From Metabacillus lacus (GTDB taxonomy: Bacteria; Bacillota; Bacilli; Bacillales; Bacillaceae): DNA of 24,000 bases. The notes beneath the pieces are model-generated. The model ran no database searches and was not told where the DNA came from. It saw nothing but the letters and a program-made list of their open reading frames with translations. The translations under genes were made by a program, and so were the position numbers. Positions 10,393-19,899 of this stretch are shown here, piece after piece; positions within the stretch are counted from its first letter, which is position 1; every line of letters starts with the position of its first letter. The DNA lies in the NCBI RefSeq assembly GCF_009674805.1, contig NZ_WKKI01000028.1, positions 22,774-46,773 of the forward strand, given 5' to 3'.

Positions 10393-10842
10393 TTAAAGCA
10401 TTTCCAGAAATTTCACAGAAACTTTCGCCGTTTCCTCTGGCGTCCGGCAAATGATAAGGATGGTATCATCTCCGCAGATAGTGCCCAGTATTTCATCCCA
10501 GTCAAGGTTATCAATCAATGCTCCTATCGCGTTTGCATTGCCGGGAAGTGTTTTCATCACAAGCATATGGCCTGCTGAATCAATTTTCACAAACGCGTCC
10601 ATCAGGGATCGCTTCAGCTTGGCCAGCGGATTAAATCGCTGATCGGCAGGCAGACTGTATTTGTACCTTCCATCCATCATTGGAACCTTTACAAGATGAA
10701 GTTCTTTTATATCTCGAGATACTGTTGCCTGAGTAACATTAAAGCCGTCGCTTTTCAGAATATCTACCAGCTCGTCTTGAGTCTCAATTTCATTGCTGGT
10801 AATAATTTCTCTAATCTTTATATGTCTCTGCCCTTTATTCAT
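10393..10842 (-). CDS. argR: Arginine repressor ArgR/AhrC
   Basis: [52 protein letters not shown]; C-terminal [15 protein letters not shown]. Confidence 0.96.
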   Translation of the reverse strand: MNKGQRHIKIREIITSNEIETQDELVDILKSDGFNVTQATVSRDIKELHLVKVPMMDGRYKYSLPADQRFNPLAKLKRSLMDAFVKIDSAGHMLVMKTLPGNANAIGALIDNLDWDEILGTICGDDTILIICRTPEETAKVSVKFLEML

Positions 10843-11062
10843 GCAGCACCCCTTGTAATTTGCAAAAAAACTCTATTGCATGTTTATACCCTTTATGTTA
10901 TATGATTCATCCAAAAAAGTACATGTTTTGTTTAAGCTGTTTTTGTGATCATAAGAAAAACAGTTGTTATCATGTTCTTCTCCAAATTTTCTTATACCTT
11001 ATTGTTTACCCGTTCATTTCAACATGATTCATACATAAAAAAAGGAAAGAAAGCTGCTGCTT

Positions 11063-11911
11063 TCATTCCCCTGTTTCTTCTTTATTTTTTTCTTTCAGTT
11101 CTGCATGTGCTGCATCCACTACTTCAGGAATCGATGCGGGCAAATGCACTCCGCCGGTTGTTCCTTCACTCTTTGACAACAGGTGAAGAAGAAATTCAAT
11201 ATTTCCGTCTCCTCCTGTTATTGGTGAAAAGGATAGGTCTACACAGTCATATCCTGCTTCAGAAGCAAAAGAAACAATGTTTTGCAGAACTGAAATATGA
11301 ACAGATTTTTCCCTTACAATCCCTTTTTTCCCAACCTGATTTTTTCCGGCTTCAAACTGCGGTTTTACAAGGGCGATAACATCCCCCCCGGGAATCAGGA
11401 TATTTTTGAGCGCCGGCAGGATAAGCTTTAAGGAAATAAAAGAAACATCAATTGTTGCAAACTCCGGCATTCCTTGCTGAAAGTCAGCAGGAGAAGCGTA
11501 TCTGAAATTTGTTCTCTCCATGACTGTTACCCGCTCATCCTGCCTAAGCTTCCATGCAAGCTGATTATAACCTACGTCTACAGCATAAGATCTTTTGGCA
11601 CCATTTTGCAGGGCGCAATCTGTGAAACCGCCTGTGGAGGAACCAATGTCCAAAAGAATTTTGTCCTGAATATCAACTTTAAACTCCTTGAGAGCTTTTT
11701 CAAGCTTCAGCCCTCCCCGGCTTACATAAGGAAGGACTTTGCCTTTAACATTCAGGTTGATATCTCGTGCAACCTTTTCACCTGGTTTATCCAGCCTGTC
11801 TTCTTCCGAGTAAACAATACCAGCCATAATCGCCCTTTTTGCTTTTTCCCTCGTTTCAAACAGGCCGCGCTCAACCAGCAGTACATCTATTCTTTCTTTA
11901 TTAGAGGCCAT
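11063..11911 (-). CDS. yqxC: TlyA-family S4-domain rRNA methyltransferase/hemolysin-like protein (YqxC)
   Basis: S4 domain KERIDVLLVERGLFETREKAKRAIMAGIV...; methyltransferase ILLDIGSSTGGFTDCALQNGAKRSYAVDVGYNQLAWKLR; adjacent to dxs. Confidence 0.93.
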   Translation of the reverse strand: MASNKERIDVLLVERGLFETREKAKRAIMAGIVYSEEDRLDKPGEKVARDINLNVKGKVLPYVSRGGLKLEKALKEFKVDIQDKILLDIGSSTGGFTDCALQNGAKRSYAVDVGYNQLAWKLRQDERVTVMERTNFRYASPADFQQGMPEFATIDVSFISLKLILPALKNILIPGGDVIALVKPQFEAGKNQVGKKGIVREKSVHISVLQNIVSFASEAGYDCVDLSFSPITGGDGNIEFLLHLLSKSEGTTGGVHLPASIPEVVDAAHAELKEKNKEETGE

Positions 11912-11916
11912 ATTAG

Positions 11917-13818
11917 TTAAATCCTTTTTTCTGTGATGGGTGTCATGCTGATAATTCTTTGAACAGCAGAATCCGCGGTTAAATGAATCTCCTCAAGCAG
12001 TTTCGCTACGCTTCCATGCTCTATAAATTCATCCGGTATGCCCATTCGGTCAATCACTGCGCCATAATATTTGTGCTCCTGGGCAAATTCCAGTACAGCA
12101 CTGCCAAAACCGCCCTGCAAAACCGCTTCCTCTATCGTTAGAATCGGAAGTTTTTCGGATAATATACTATGCATCATTTCATTGTCAAGCGGCTTGATGA
12201 ACCTTGCATTCACAACCCGGACGAATATTTCCTGCTCAGCAAGTTTTTCGGCAGCTTCCATAGCCATCCCGATTGTCGTGCCAAAAGTAAGAATGACTGC
12301 ATCGCTTCCTTCTCTTAACACTTCCCAGGATCCTATTGGAATTGCTTTTAAATTCTTATCCATTTCAACCCCGAGGCCGTTTCCTCTGGCAAACCTCATA
12401 GCAATTGGCCCCAAGTCATAATCAATGGCTGTTTTCACCATATGCTGCCCTTCATTTTCATCCTTAGGCATCATCAATACCATGTTTGGTATATGCCTTA
12501 AAAACGCAATGTCAAAGACACCCTGATGCGTTTCTCCATCTGCTCCAACCAGGCCGGCTCTGTCAACACCGATAAACACATTTAAATTCTGCCTGCAGAT
12601 ATCATGAACAACCTGATCATAAGCTCTTTGAAGGAAAGTCGAGTAAATCGCCAAAAACGGCTTCATATTTTGAGTTGCGAGCCCTGCTGCCATAGTAGCC
12701 GCATGCTGTTCGGCAATACCAACATCATACATCCGGTCAGGAAATTCCGATGCAAACCCTTCCAGTTTTGATCCTACAGGCATTGCCGGTGTGATCGCAA
12801 CAATTCGTTCATCCGTTTTCGCGAGCTTTCTGACAGTTTCACTGACCAGGCCGCTCCAAGAAGGGCCTTTGGTTGAAGACTTCACAAAATCGCCGGTTTC
12901 CATTTTATAAGGGCCTGTCCCATGCCATGTTCCGACAGTATCAGTTTCTGCAGGCTGATAGCCTTTGCCCTTTTTCGTAATGACATGGAGAAGCACAGGT
13001 CCTTTTGTTTTCTTGGCATAGCGGAGATTTTCCTGAAGATCTTCAAAATTATGTCCGTCTACCGGACCCAGATATGTAAAGCCTAGTTCTTCAAAGAAAA
13101 CACCTGTAACCAAAAGATATTTTAAGCTGTCTTTTACGCGCTCAGCAGTACTCGCGAGCGCACCGCCTACAGCAGGAATCTTTTTAAGCAGAAGTTCAAG
13201 CTCATCTTTTACCCAGTGATATTTACCTGCCGTTCTCAGACGGCCAAGGACGTTGTGCAAAGCGCCTACATTCGGTGCGATGGACATTTCATTGTCGTTT
13301 AAGATGACAATCATATCTTTTTTTTCGTGGCCTATATGATTTAGTGCCTCCAGAGCCATTCCGCCTGTTAACGCACCATCTCCAATAATAGGTATAACAA
13401 AGTCTTTAGTCTTTTTCAGGTCTCTTGCAATTGCCATTCCCATGCCTGCAGAGAGAGATGTTGAGCTGTGCCCTGTTTCCCATACATCGTGTTCGCTTTC
13501 ATTTCTTTTTGGAAACCCGCATAACCCTTTATGCTGACGCAAAGTATCAAATTCACAAGCACGCCCGGTAAGGATTTTGTGGACATACGATTGATGCCCG
13601 ACATCCCATATAAACTTATCATCAGGGCTGTTGAAAATCTTATGAAGAGAGATGGTCAGTTCCACCACTCCTAAATTGGGACCGATATGGCCGCCAGTGA
13701 CTGACAGCTTTTCGATTAAAAATTGCCGAATCTCAGCACTAAGCTTTTCTAGCTCATTATTCGACATTTTTTTTAAGAATTCCGGATTTTTAATCGATAA
13801 AAGATCCAATCGGATCAC
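11917..13818 (-). CDS. dxs: 1-deoxy-D-xylulose-5-phosphate synthase
   Basis: [65 protein letters not shown]. Non-ATG start immediately after the upstream stop codon (TGA-GTG), or TTG a few codons in. Confidence 0.97.
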   Translation of the reverse strand: MIRLDLLSIKNPEFLKKMSNNELEKLSAEIRQFLIEKLSVTGGHIGPNLGVVELTISLHKIFNSPDDKFIWDVGHQSYVHKILTGRACEFDTLRQHKGLCGFPKRNESEHDVWETGHSSTSLSAGMGMAIARDLKKTKDFVIPIIGDGALTGGMALEALNHIGHEKKDMIVILNDNEMSIAPNVGALHNVLGRLRTAGKYHWVKDELELLLKKIPAVGGALASTAERVKDSLKYLLVTGVFFEELGFTYLGPVDGHNFEDLQENLRYAKKTKGPVLLHVITKKGKGYQPAETDTVGTWHGTGPYKMETGDFVKSSTKGPSWSGLVSETVRKLAKTDERIVAITPAMPVGSKLEGFASEFPDRMYDVGIAEQHAATMAAGLATQNMKPFLAIYSTFLQRAYDQVVHDICRQNLNVFIGVDRAGLVGADGETHQGVFDIAFLRHIPNMVLMMPKDENEGQHMVKTAIDYDLGPIAMRFARGNGLGVEMDKNLKAIPIGSWEVLREGSDAVILTFGTTIGMAMEAAEKLAEQEIFVRVVNARFIKPLDNEMMHSILSEKLPILTIEEAVLQGGFGSAVLEFAQEHKYYGAVIDRMGIPDEFIEHGSVAKLLEEIHLTADSAVQRIISMTPITEKRI

Positions 13819-14424
13819 TCACTTTCGACTGTTATTTCGTTTCTTTTTCTTTTTATCATTTAATAAGCTTATGTTAAACCGCTTTTCGAGCAAATAAAAC
13901 AGCTTACCGACCTGATATATTATATCAGTTGAAAATCTGATTGCAATTGACTTGCCAAAGGCCTTGCCGCCCACTGTCATAGCTGCAATCACACTTGTGA
14001 ATATCACAGATATAACGAGCTGCTGATAGGAAGCTTCCCCAAATTGAAAGCTGAATGACAACTGAACAACTACAATAGCTGAGGCTGTCCCGCTGATAAT
14101 CCCTGATATATCTCCAATAACGTCATTACAGAAACTCGCAAATCTGTCGGCATTTCTAATAATGACGATAGCCTGTTTCGCTCCATCCACTTTTTTGGAT
14201 GCCATAGCATGAAACGGCACTTCATCTGCTGCTGTTGCTGCTATACCAAGCATATCAAAGAAGACACCAATTAGTACAATAATAAATACAATTCCCATGC
14301 CGATCGCCCAGCCAACGCCGCCCAGCGTTGCAGTAGCTACAACTGAAAAAATAGCCGCTAACACAAATGTGATAACGGCAATTCCCAAACTCCAATTTAT
14401 AGAATCTCTGAATAAATCTTTCAT
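13819..14424 (-). CDS. oapA: OLE RNA-associated membrane protein A (OapA)-like protein
   Basis: 201 aa, hydrophobic multi-pass protein (WSLGIAVITFVLAAIFSVVATATLGGVGWAIGMGIVFIIVLIGVFFDMLGIAATAADE..., later LVISVIFTSVIAAMTVGGKAFG) with a highly basic tail DKKKKKRNNSRK. Lies immediately downstream of an ORF-free approximately 620-nt RNA-like block and upstream of dxs, the arrangement described for ole-oapA. Confidence 0.87.
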   Translation of the reverse strand: MKDLFRDSINWSLGIAVITFVLAAIFSVVATATLGGVGWAIGMGIVFIIVLIGVFFDMLGIAATAADEVPFHAMASKKVDGAKQAIVIIRNADRFASFCNDVIGDISGIISGTASAIVVVQLSFSFQFGEASYQQLVISVIFTSVIAAMTVGGKAFGKSIAIRFSTDIIYQVGKLFYLLEKRFNISLLNDKKKKKRNNSRK

Positions 14425-14463
14425 AAGGTTATATTCGCACCTAACTTAACAAATTATGTATGC

Positions 14464-15081
14464 GGAGTGGTCATGGATAAAGTAAAAATTACGGCTTAGG
14501 TCCAGTAGGTTTTCCCAAGCAGGTACCGAGCGTTGCCACTCTGGCGGTTTCCCTTTAAACCTCCCTTAGCATTGTCACCAGATGCTAGACTGGATTACCA
14601 CTTAGTCCGTACTATAATCCCTTATCATGCCACATTGAACAGTCTAGGAGATTTCCTCAACAGCCCTTAACCCATTCCTATCCTCTTTTGCAGAGCTGAT
14701 TTCATCCGGTATATAAAGCCGCCGCCATTGGCCATATGGCTGTTGCTGTATGGAACCGAAATCCCCTCAAACTCCACTCAAGGCAGGCTACGCTGCACTA
14801 ATCCATTTTCCTTTAGTAAGAAAAATAAATTCGATAGCAGGTTTTATACCCTTATTTTATATCAAATAAATCAAATAAAATAAGGGCCTCCGCGGAAAGA
14901 GGGTCTACGCCCACATGCCATTGTGGATCGCCCTCAAACCTTAACTCCCGGCATCAGCCCAAGGCTGGGCGCCTCAAGCCGACACAAGGAACTTCATCGA
15001 TGTGCCCTTTAGCGGATTTTTAGGCCCGCCCTCGGAACAGGTAGGCTGACTAGAATACTGCACCACTCCTGAAAATGTAAC
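14464..15081 (-). ncRNA. ole: OLE RNA (Ornate, Large, Extremophilic RNA) candidate
   Basis: No ORF of at least 60 aa in the supplied track between 14425 and 15230; GC-richer than the surrounding intergenic DNA; many local inverted repeats; perfect 8-nt pairing between 5' and 3' ends (GGAGTGGT/ACCACTCC); sigma-A promoter at the 5' end; between ispA and oapA-dxs. Confidence 0.9.
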
Positions 15082-15084
15082 TTA

Positions 15085-15113
15085 ATTATAGCATATTTAT
15101 GTGGTAATCTCAA
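15085..15113 (-). promoter_or_regulatory. Sigma-A promoter with extended -10 driving the OLE-like RNA
   Basis: Minus strand TTGAGA (15108-15113) - 17 nt - TATAAT (15085-15090) with TG at the extended -10 (TGcTATAAT); predicted start about 15078-15081. Confidence 0.85.
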
Positions 15114-15230
15114 AGTGCAGAACTTATTAGTATGCCCTTTTACAGGGAAGCGTATACAAAAAATCAACTTTTCAGCTGCAGATATATGTGCAAGCGCAAA
15201 AAAAGAGCATATGTTATGCCCTTGTAATGG

Positions 15231-16115
15231 TTAATGATCTCTTTCTGCAACCAGTCGGCATAAACCCTTTAATAAGAAAGAGTCTATGTTCAGGGACTTC
15301 AGAAGATTTAAAGCTTTTTCAATGTGTTCATTGAGCTTTTCTCTTGCACCGTCCGCTGCCAGCAGAGATGGATATGTTGTTTTTTCGTTCACGCTGTCTG
15401 AGCCGACAGGTTTCCCAATTTTCTCTTCAATTCCTTCAATATCCAGCAGGTCGTCCTTAATTTGAAAGGCTATACCAATGTGAAAAGCAAATTCCCTGAG
15501 TTTTTTTATATCAGCTTCCGGCGCATCCGAGAGTATTCCCCCGGCAACTGCACTGAACTGAAGCAGGCGGGCTGTTTTATGTTCATGGATGTATTGAAGC
15601 TGTTCCAGGGTTAACGCCGCTGATTCACCTTCCATATCTGCCACCTGTCCACCGGCCATTCCTTCAGCTCCTGAAGCTTTGACAAGTTCGCTGATCAGCC
15701 TGACCTTTATTTCAGCAGGGATTCTGTTCCCAGACTCTGCAAGGAGTGCAAAGCTCTGCGTTAAAAGGCCGTCGCCTGCCAATACGGCAAGTGCCTCTCC
15801 GTACACCTTATGGTTGGTAGGCTTTCCTCTCCTTAAATCATCATCATCCATGCAGGGAAGATCATCATGGATGAGAGAATAAGTATGAATCATCTCTACC
15901 GCACATGCCGCGTCTACACCAATGCTTTCATCCTTGCCGTACGCATTCAGGACAGCAAGAAGCAGTACTGGGCGAAGTCTCTTGCCTCCTGCCTGCAAGG
16001 AATAATTCATAGAAGACTTCAGCGAAGAAGGAGCTTTCAATTCCTCGATATAAGATGGAAGCTTATCCTCAATGAGCTGTTTTCTCGTTTCTAGAAATGT
16101 TAAAAAGTCAGGCAC
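15231..16115 (-). CDS. ispA: Polyprenyl (farnesyl) diphosphate synthase
   Basis: GGKRLRPVLLLAVLNAYG, SLIHDDLPCMDDDDLRRGKPTNH, FQIKDDLLDIEG. Confidence 0.96.
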   Translation of the reverse strand: MPDFLTFLETRKQLIEDKLPSYIEELKAPSSLKSSMNYSLQAGGKRLRPVLLLAVLNAYGKDESIGVDAACAVEMIHTYSLIHDDLPCMDDDDLRRGKPTNHKVYGEALAVLAGDGLLTQSFALLAESGNRIPAEIKVRLISELVKASGAEGMAGGQVADMEGESAALTLEQLQYIHEHKTARLLQFSAVAGGILSDAPEADIKKLREFAFHIGIAFQIKDDLLDIEGIEEKIGKPVGSDSVNEKTTYPSLLAADGAREKLNEHIEKALNLLKSLNIDSFLLKGLCRLVAERDH

Positions 16116-16367
16116 TTATTCTTCCTCTCCCATCATAAAGGGTTCTGTTTCACCGTCTTCCTTCAGAATGGATTCCATCCTATGTTCAACTTTTCTCAGC
16201 TTGTCGTGGCAGAGCTTGGACAAGGCCATTCCCTTTTGAAAATAGTCGATTGCTTTTTCCAGAGGCACATCCCCTTCTTCAAGCTTTCCAACGATTACAT
16301 CAAGCTGGCTCATAGCCTCTTCAAAAGACAATTCTTCCTGTTTATCTTTTTCACCCATTTTTCTCAC
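16116..16367 (-). CDS. xseB: Exodeoxyribonuclease VII small subunit
   Basis: [52 protein letters not shown]; overlaps xseA. Confidence 0.95.
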   Translation of the reverse strand: MRKMGEKDKQEELSFEEAMSQLDVIVGKLEEGDVPLEKAIDYFQKGMALSKLCHDKLRKVEHRMESILKEDGETEPFMMGEEE

Positions 16368-17703
16368 GCTCCTCTATTTCCTTCACTTCACAGTGGAGAA
16401 TTCCATCCTGCAGCCGGACTTTGATATGATCGCCGGGAGTGACATTCTCTTTTGTTTTTAAGAGTTGTTCTTTCTTATAAACAAGGCTGAATCCCCGTTC
16501 CATCACCTTTAGAGGGCTCAAAGCCTCCAGCTTGGAGACGCCTGCTTCAAACTCCGACTGTTTTCCCTTGAGCTTCAGCACCATTTCTCTTTGCAATTTC
16601 TTATTCAGCGCTTGATGAAGTTCAGCTGCACGCTGAATCTGCATGTGAGGATGTACAGTTTTCAGCCTGCTGCTGCTTTCCTTGAAGGCATTCTGTTTTT
16701 TCTCCAGCGCACGGAGGCTTCCCCTCTGAAGTCTCTCCAACATGGCATCGAGCTGCTGCTCTTTTTGTTCATACAGCTGCCTTGGAAAACGGAAGGCGTA
16801 AGACTTTTGAAGGCGGTCAAGCCTTTCCCTCTCTGCAGACATTTTTTCATTCATTCTCCGTGTTAACATGGTTGTCCTGTTTGATATACGCTCTGCCAGC
16901 TCGCTGAAGTGGGGAACTGCAAGCTCAGCAGCGCCCGTAGGAGTAGGAGCTCTCAAATCAGCCACAAAATCCGCGATTGTAAAATCCGTTTCATGTCCGA
17001 CAGCAGAAATGACAGGGATTTTCGACTTAAAGATTTCTCTGGCTACTGCTTCTTCATTAAAGCCCCAAAGTTCCTCAATAGATCCTCCGCCCCGCCCTAC
17101 AATCAGCACATCGAGATCCTTAACAGCATTCGCTTTAGCAATCGCATCCGCTACCGATTTCCCGGCATTAACACCCTGTACCAGGGCCGGGATGATTAAT
17201 ACCCTGGCAATTGGATATCTTCTTTTGATAGTTGTTATAATATCACGGACAGCCGCCCCTGTTGGAGAGGTAATAACGCCAATTTGGGAAGGATAACGGG
17301 GAATGGGCTTTTTATGCACAGGATCAAACAGCCCCTCCTTCTCAAGCTTCTTTTTCAGCTCTTCATATGCAAGATATAAACTTCCAATTCCATCAGGCTG
17401 CAATTCTTTTGCATAAATCTGATATCCTCCGCTGGATTCATATACGGCAATTTCTCCGCGAAGCAGTACCTTCATTCCGTTTTCCGGCCGGAATTTCAGG
17501 GAACGGTTTTGGCCTGCAAACATCACACCCTGAATTCTGGCATTTTCATCCTTGAGGGTAAAATACATATGTCCCCTGCTGTGCATTTTCAGATTGGACA
17601 ATTCCCCTTTTACCCAAATATCCTGCAAATGCGGATCCACATCAAATTTGCGCTTTATATATTTCGTCAGGGCTGTAACCGTTACATGCTTAATATCGCT
17701 CAC
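16351..17703 (-). CDS. xseA: Exodeoxyribonuclease VII large subunit
   Basis: [49 protein letters not shown]; [32 protein letters not shown]. Confidence 0.97.
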   Translation of the reverse strand: MSDIKHVTVTALTKYIKRKFDVDPHLQDIWVKGELSNLKMHSRGHMYFTLKDENARIQGVMFAGQNRSLKFRPENGMKVLLRGEIAVYESSGGYQIYAKELQPDGIGSLYLAYEELKKKLEKEGLFDPVHKKPIPRYPSQIGVITSPTGAAVRDIITTIKRRYPIARVLIIPALVQGVNAGKSVADAIAKANAVKDLDVLIVGRGGGSIEELWGFNEEAVAREIFKSKIPVISAVGHETDFTIADFVADLRAPTPTGAAELAVPHFSELAERISNRTTMLTRRMNEKMSAERERLDRLQKSYAFRFPRQLYEQKEQQLDAMLERLQRGSLRALEKKQNAFKESSSRLKTVHPHMQIQRAAELHQALNKKLQREMVLKLKGKQSEFEAGVSKLEALSPLKVMERGFSLVYKKEQLLKTKENVTPGDHIKVRLQDGILHCEVKEIEEREKNG

Positions 17704-17722
17704 TAAAATGCCTCCCGTGCCT

Positions 17723-18589
17723 TTACCTTGAGGTTTTCTCTGATAAAAATTGTTTGGCTGCTTTTACAGTATTGTAGGCCAGCATTGCAATTGTCATCGG
17801 CCCGACACCGCCCGGAACAGGCGTAATATAGCCGGCAACCTGCTTTGCTTCTTCAAAGTCAACATCGCCTGTGAGTTTGCCGTTGTCCATTCGGTTGACT
17901 CCAACATCAATGACAACCGCTCCCGGCTTTATATCTATCCCTTTTATCAAGTGTGCTTTACCGGCTGCAGCAATAAGAATATCAGCCTGCCTTGTATATT
18001 CTGATAAATTTTTTGTTCGTGAATGGCAGTAAGTGACGGTTGCATGCTGATCCAAAAGCAGCTGGCCGACCGGTTTCCCAACAATATTGCTTCTCCCGAC
18101 AACGACCGCATGCTTTCCTTCGGGAGAGATGCCTTGAGATGACAACAATTTCATAATGCCTGCAGGTGTGCAGGATAAGTAAGTATCCTCACCCGCCAGC
18201 ATTTTTCCTGTATTTAACGGATGAAATCCATCAACGTCCTTTAAAGGAGAAATCCTTTCAATTACAGCTTTTTCTTCAATATGCTTAGGAAGAGGTAGCT
18301 GAACCAGGATGCCATGAAAGGACTCATGCTCGTTATAATAGTCGATTTTCTCTAATAATTCCTGCTGCGTTGCGGATTCCGAAAGATGGTTCAGTGTAAA
18401 GTGTATGCCGGTTTCTTCAGATGCCTTTTGTTTACCTTTTATGTATGATAGAGAAGCAGGATCATTTCCAACCAATATCACAGCCAGTCCCGGCACGACA
18501 TTCTCTTGTTTAAGTTTTTCTACTTCTTCGCTCAGTTCAGCGCGCACCTTTTGTGCCACTTCTTTACCATTGATAATAGATGCCAACAT
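17723..18589 (-). CDS. folD: Bifunctional methylenetetrahydrofolate dehydrogenase/cyclohydrolase
   Basis: [65 protein letters not shown]. Confidence 0.97.
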   Translation of the reverse strand: MLASIINGKEVAQKVRAELSEEVEKLKQENVVPGLAVILVGNDPASLSYIKGKQKASEETGIHFTLNHLSESATQQELLEKIDYYNEHESFHGILVQLPLPKHIEEKAVIERISPLKDVDGFHPLNTGKMLAGEDTYLSCTPAGIMKLLSSQGISPEGKHAVVVGRSNIVGKPVGQLLLDQHATVTYCHSRTKNLSEYTRQADILIAAAGKAHLIKGIDIKPGAVVIDVGVNRMDNGKLTGDVDFEEAKQVAGYITPVPGGVGPMTIAMLAYNTVKAAKQFLSEKTSR

Positions 18590-18605
18590 ACAATCTCCTC
18601 CGCTT

Positions 18606-18992
18606 TTATAAAGAATTTTTCACGTTAGAGAGCACGCCATTGACAAATCGGCTTGAAGAGTCGTCACCGAACGTTTTTGAAAGTTCAATCGCTTCATCAA
18701 TTGACACTGACACAGGAATTTCTTCCATGAATCTCATTTCAAAGACAGACATTCTAAGTACGGCACGGTCAACATTAGCTAGACGTTCAAGAGTCCACTT
18801 TACCAGATGGGGTTTGATAAGAGCATCAATTTCTTCCTGATGCTTCAGTGTCCCATTTACAAGCGTTTCTAAAAATGGATCGTTTTCCTTTCCGTCCAAT
18901 GCATGCTGGATGGCCTCTGATGGCTCAATCCCGCTTACATCAATTTGAAATAATGCCTGCAAGGCTACTTCTCTAGCTGTTCTGCGTTTCAT
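18606..18992 (-). CDS. nusB: Transcription antitermination factor NusB
   Basis: [62 protein letters not shown]. Confidence 0.95.
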   Translation of the reverse strand: [128 protein letters not shown]

Positions 18993-19860
18993 TGTTTTAA
19001 CTCCTTCAATTGTGGTTCGAATGTCTTAAACAGATAATAACATATAACAAAGTGGAAAAAAACCGTAAATATACTGTTTTCCTCTTGAATTCCGAATGTT
19101 ATTACCCTGCGTTTATTAATCATTCGCTTTTTATTGTTTAATGGTTTTTTACTTAGTACTTGCTGAGGAAACTGGTTAAGCACCATTTTTCAGTTAATAG
19201 ACGTCACATATCCATTTAATTTGATATGGCGGTAAAAAAAGCCGGGAATAGCCGGAGACATTCCGTCTCTTAGCGTTTACTATCGTACAAACGGGGTTTC
19301 ATCAGCATAGCCGTAAAGTTTCTGCTTATTTTTCTTAAAAAAGTGATTCTCTGGACGTATGAGAAAAAGCTCCTCTTATTACTCTTTCGTCGGTGAATCA
19401 ATTGATGCTGATACACTTGAATATTCCTTGGAGCTTGTTTAGATCGACAACAAGAAACCTTCCATCAAGCATAATTATATAGCACAGCCTTCTTGAAAAG
19501 GCGGGATAACCATCTGAAGCCGGATCCTGCCCTCTTAAGTGATTTCAATATTATATAGTATTGCCTGCGGATTGAATAGTAAAATTGCAACTTCAAATAA
19601 AATTGCCGAGAGTATCTTTTGTGTACGCTGTTTTCCTGCACCATTAGTGGATCGCACTCGGCTGTACAGGCAGCTCAGCCGACAGAGCAGCTGCGCACTT
19701 GTCTGGTATTTGTAGCTTGAATCGCACTGCTTCATCTTCTTATAACTATATCACAAGTTTACTATCTCTTTTGAGGCTTTTTGCCTGACGAGAGTACTGT
19801 CAGCTTCCTGCTGAGTTCATCTTGGAGGGAATATATGCTTTCCTAACACAGAAAAAGCAA

Positions 19861-19890
19861 AAAGCCCCTTTAACAAAAGAGGCTTTTTTG
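19861..19890 (-). terminator. Rho-independent terminator downstream of the asp23-family gene
   Basis: aaAAAGCCcCTTTaacaAAAGaGGCTTTTTT hairpin (one mismatch) with T/A tracts on both sides. Confidence 0.8.
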
Positions 19891-19899
19891 CTCATAATA

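Noticed and set aside
14900-15060. Riboswitch controlling dxs
   Set aside because: The block is far larger than typical riboswitches, has no terminator/anti-terminator before oapA, and matches the size and context of OLE RNA.
14425-15230. Possible degraded or frameshifted protein gene between ispA and the membrane protein gene
   Set aside because: No frame of 60 aa or more in the track, extensive self-complementarity, terminal pairing and a dedicated promoter fit a structured ncRNA better than a pseudogene.
18989-19186. 65-aa ORF MVLNQFPQQVLSKKPLNNKKRM... overlapping the nusB start
   Set aside because: Low-complexity basic sequence in the A/T-rich nusB leader, no support as a gene.
19535-19735. 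66-aa minus-strand ORF MKQCDSSYKYQTSAQLLCRLSCLYS...
   Set aside because: Cys/Ser-rich, no recognisable family and no convincing ribosome-binding site; likely a chance ORF.
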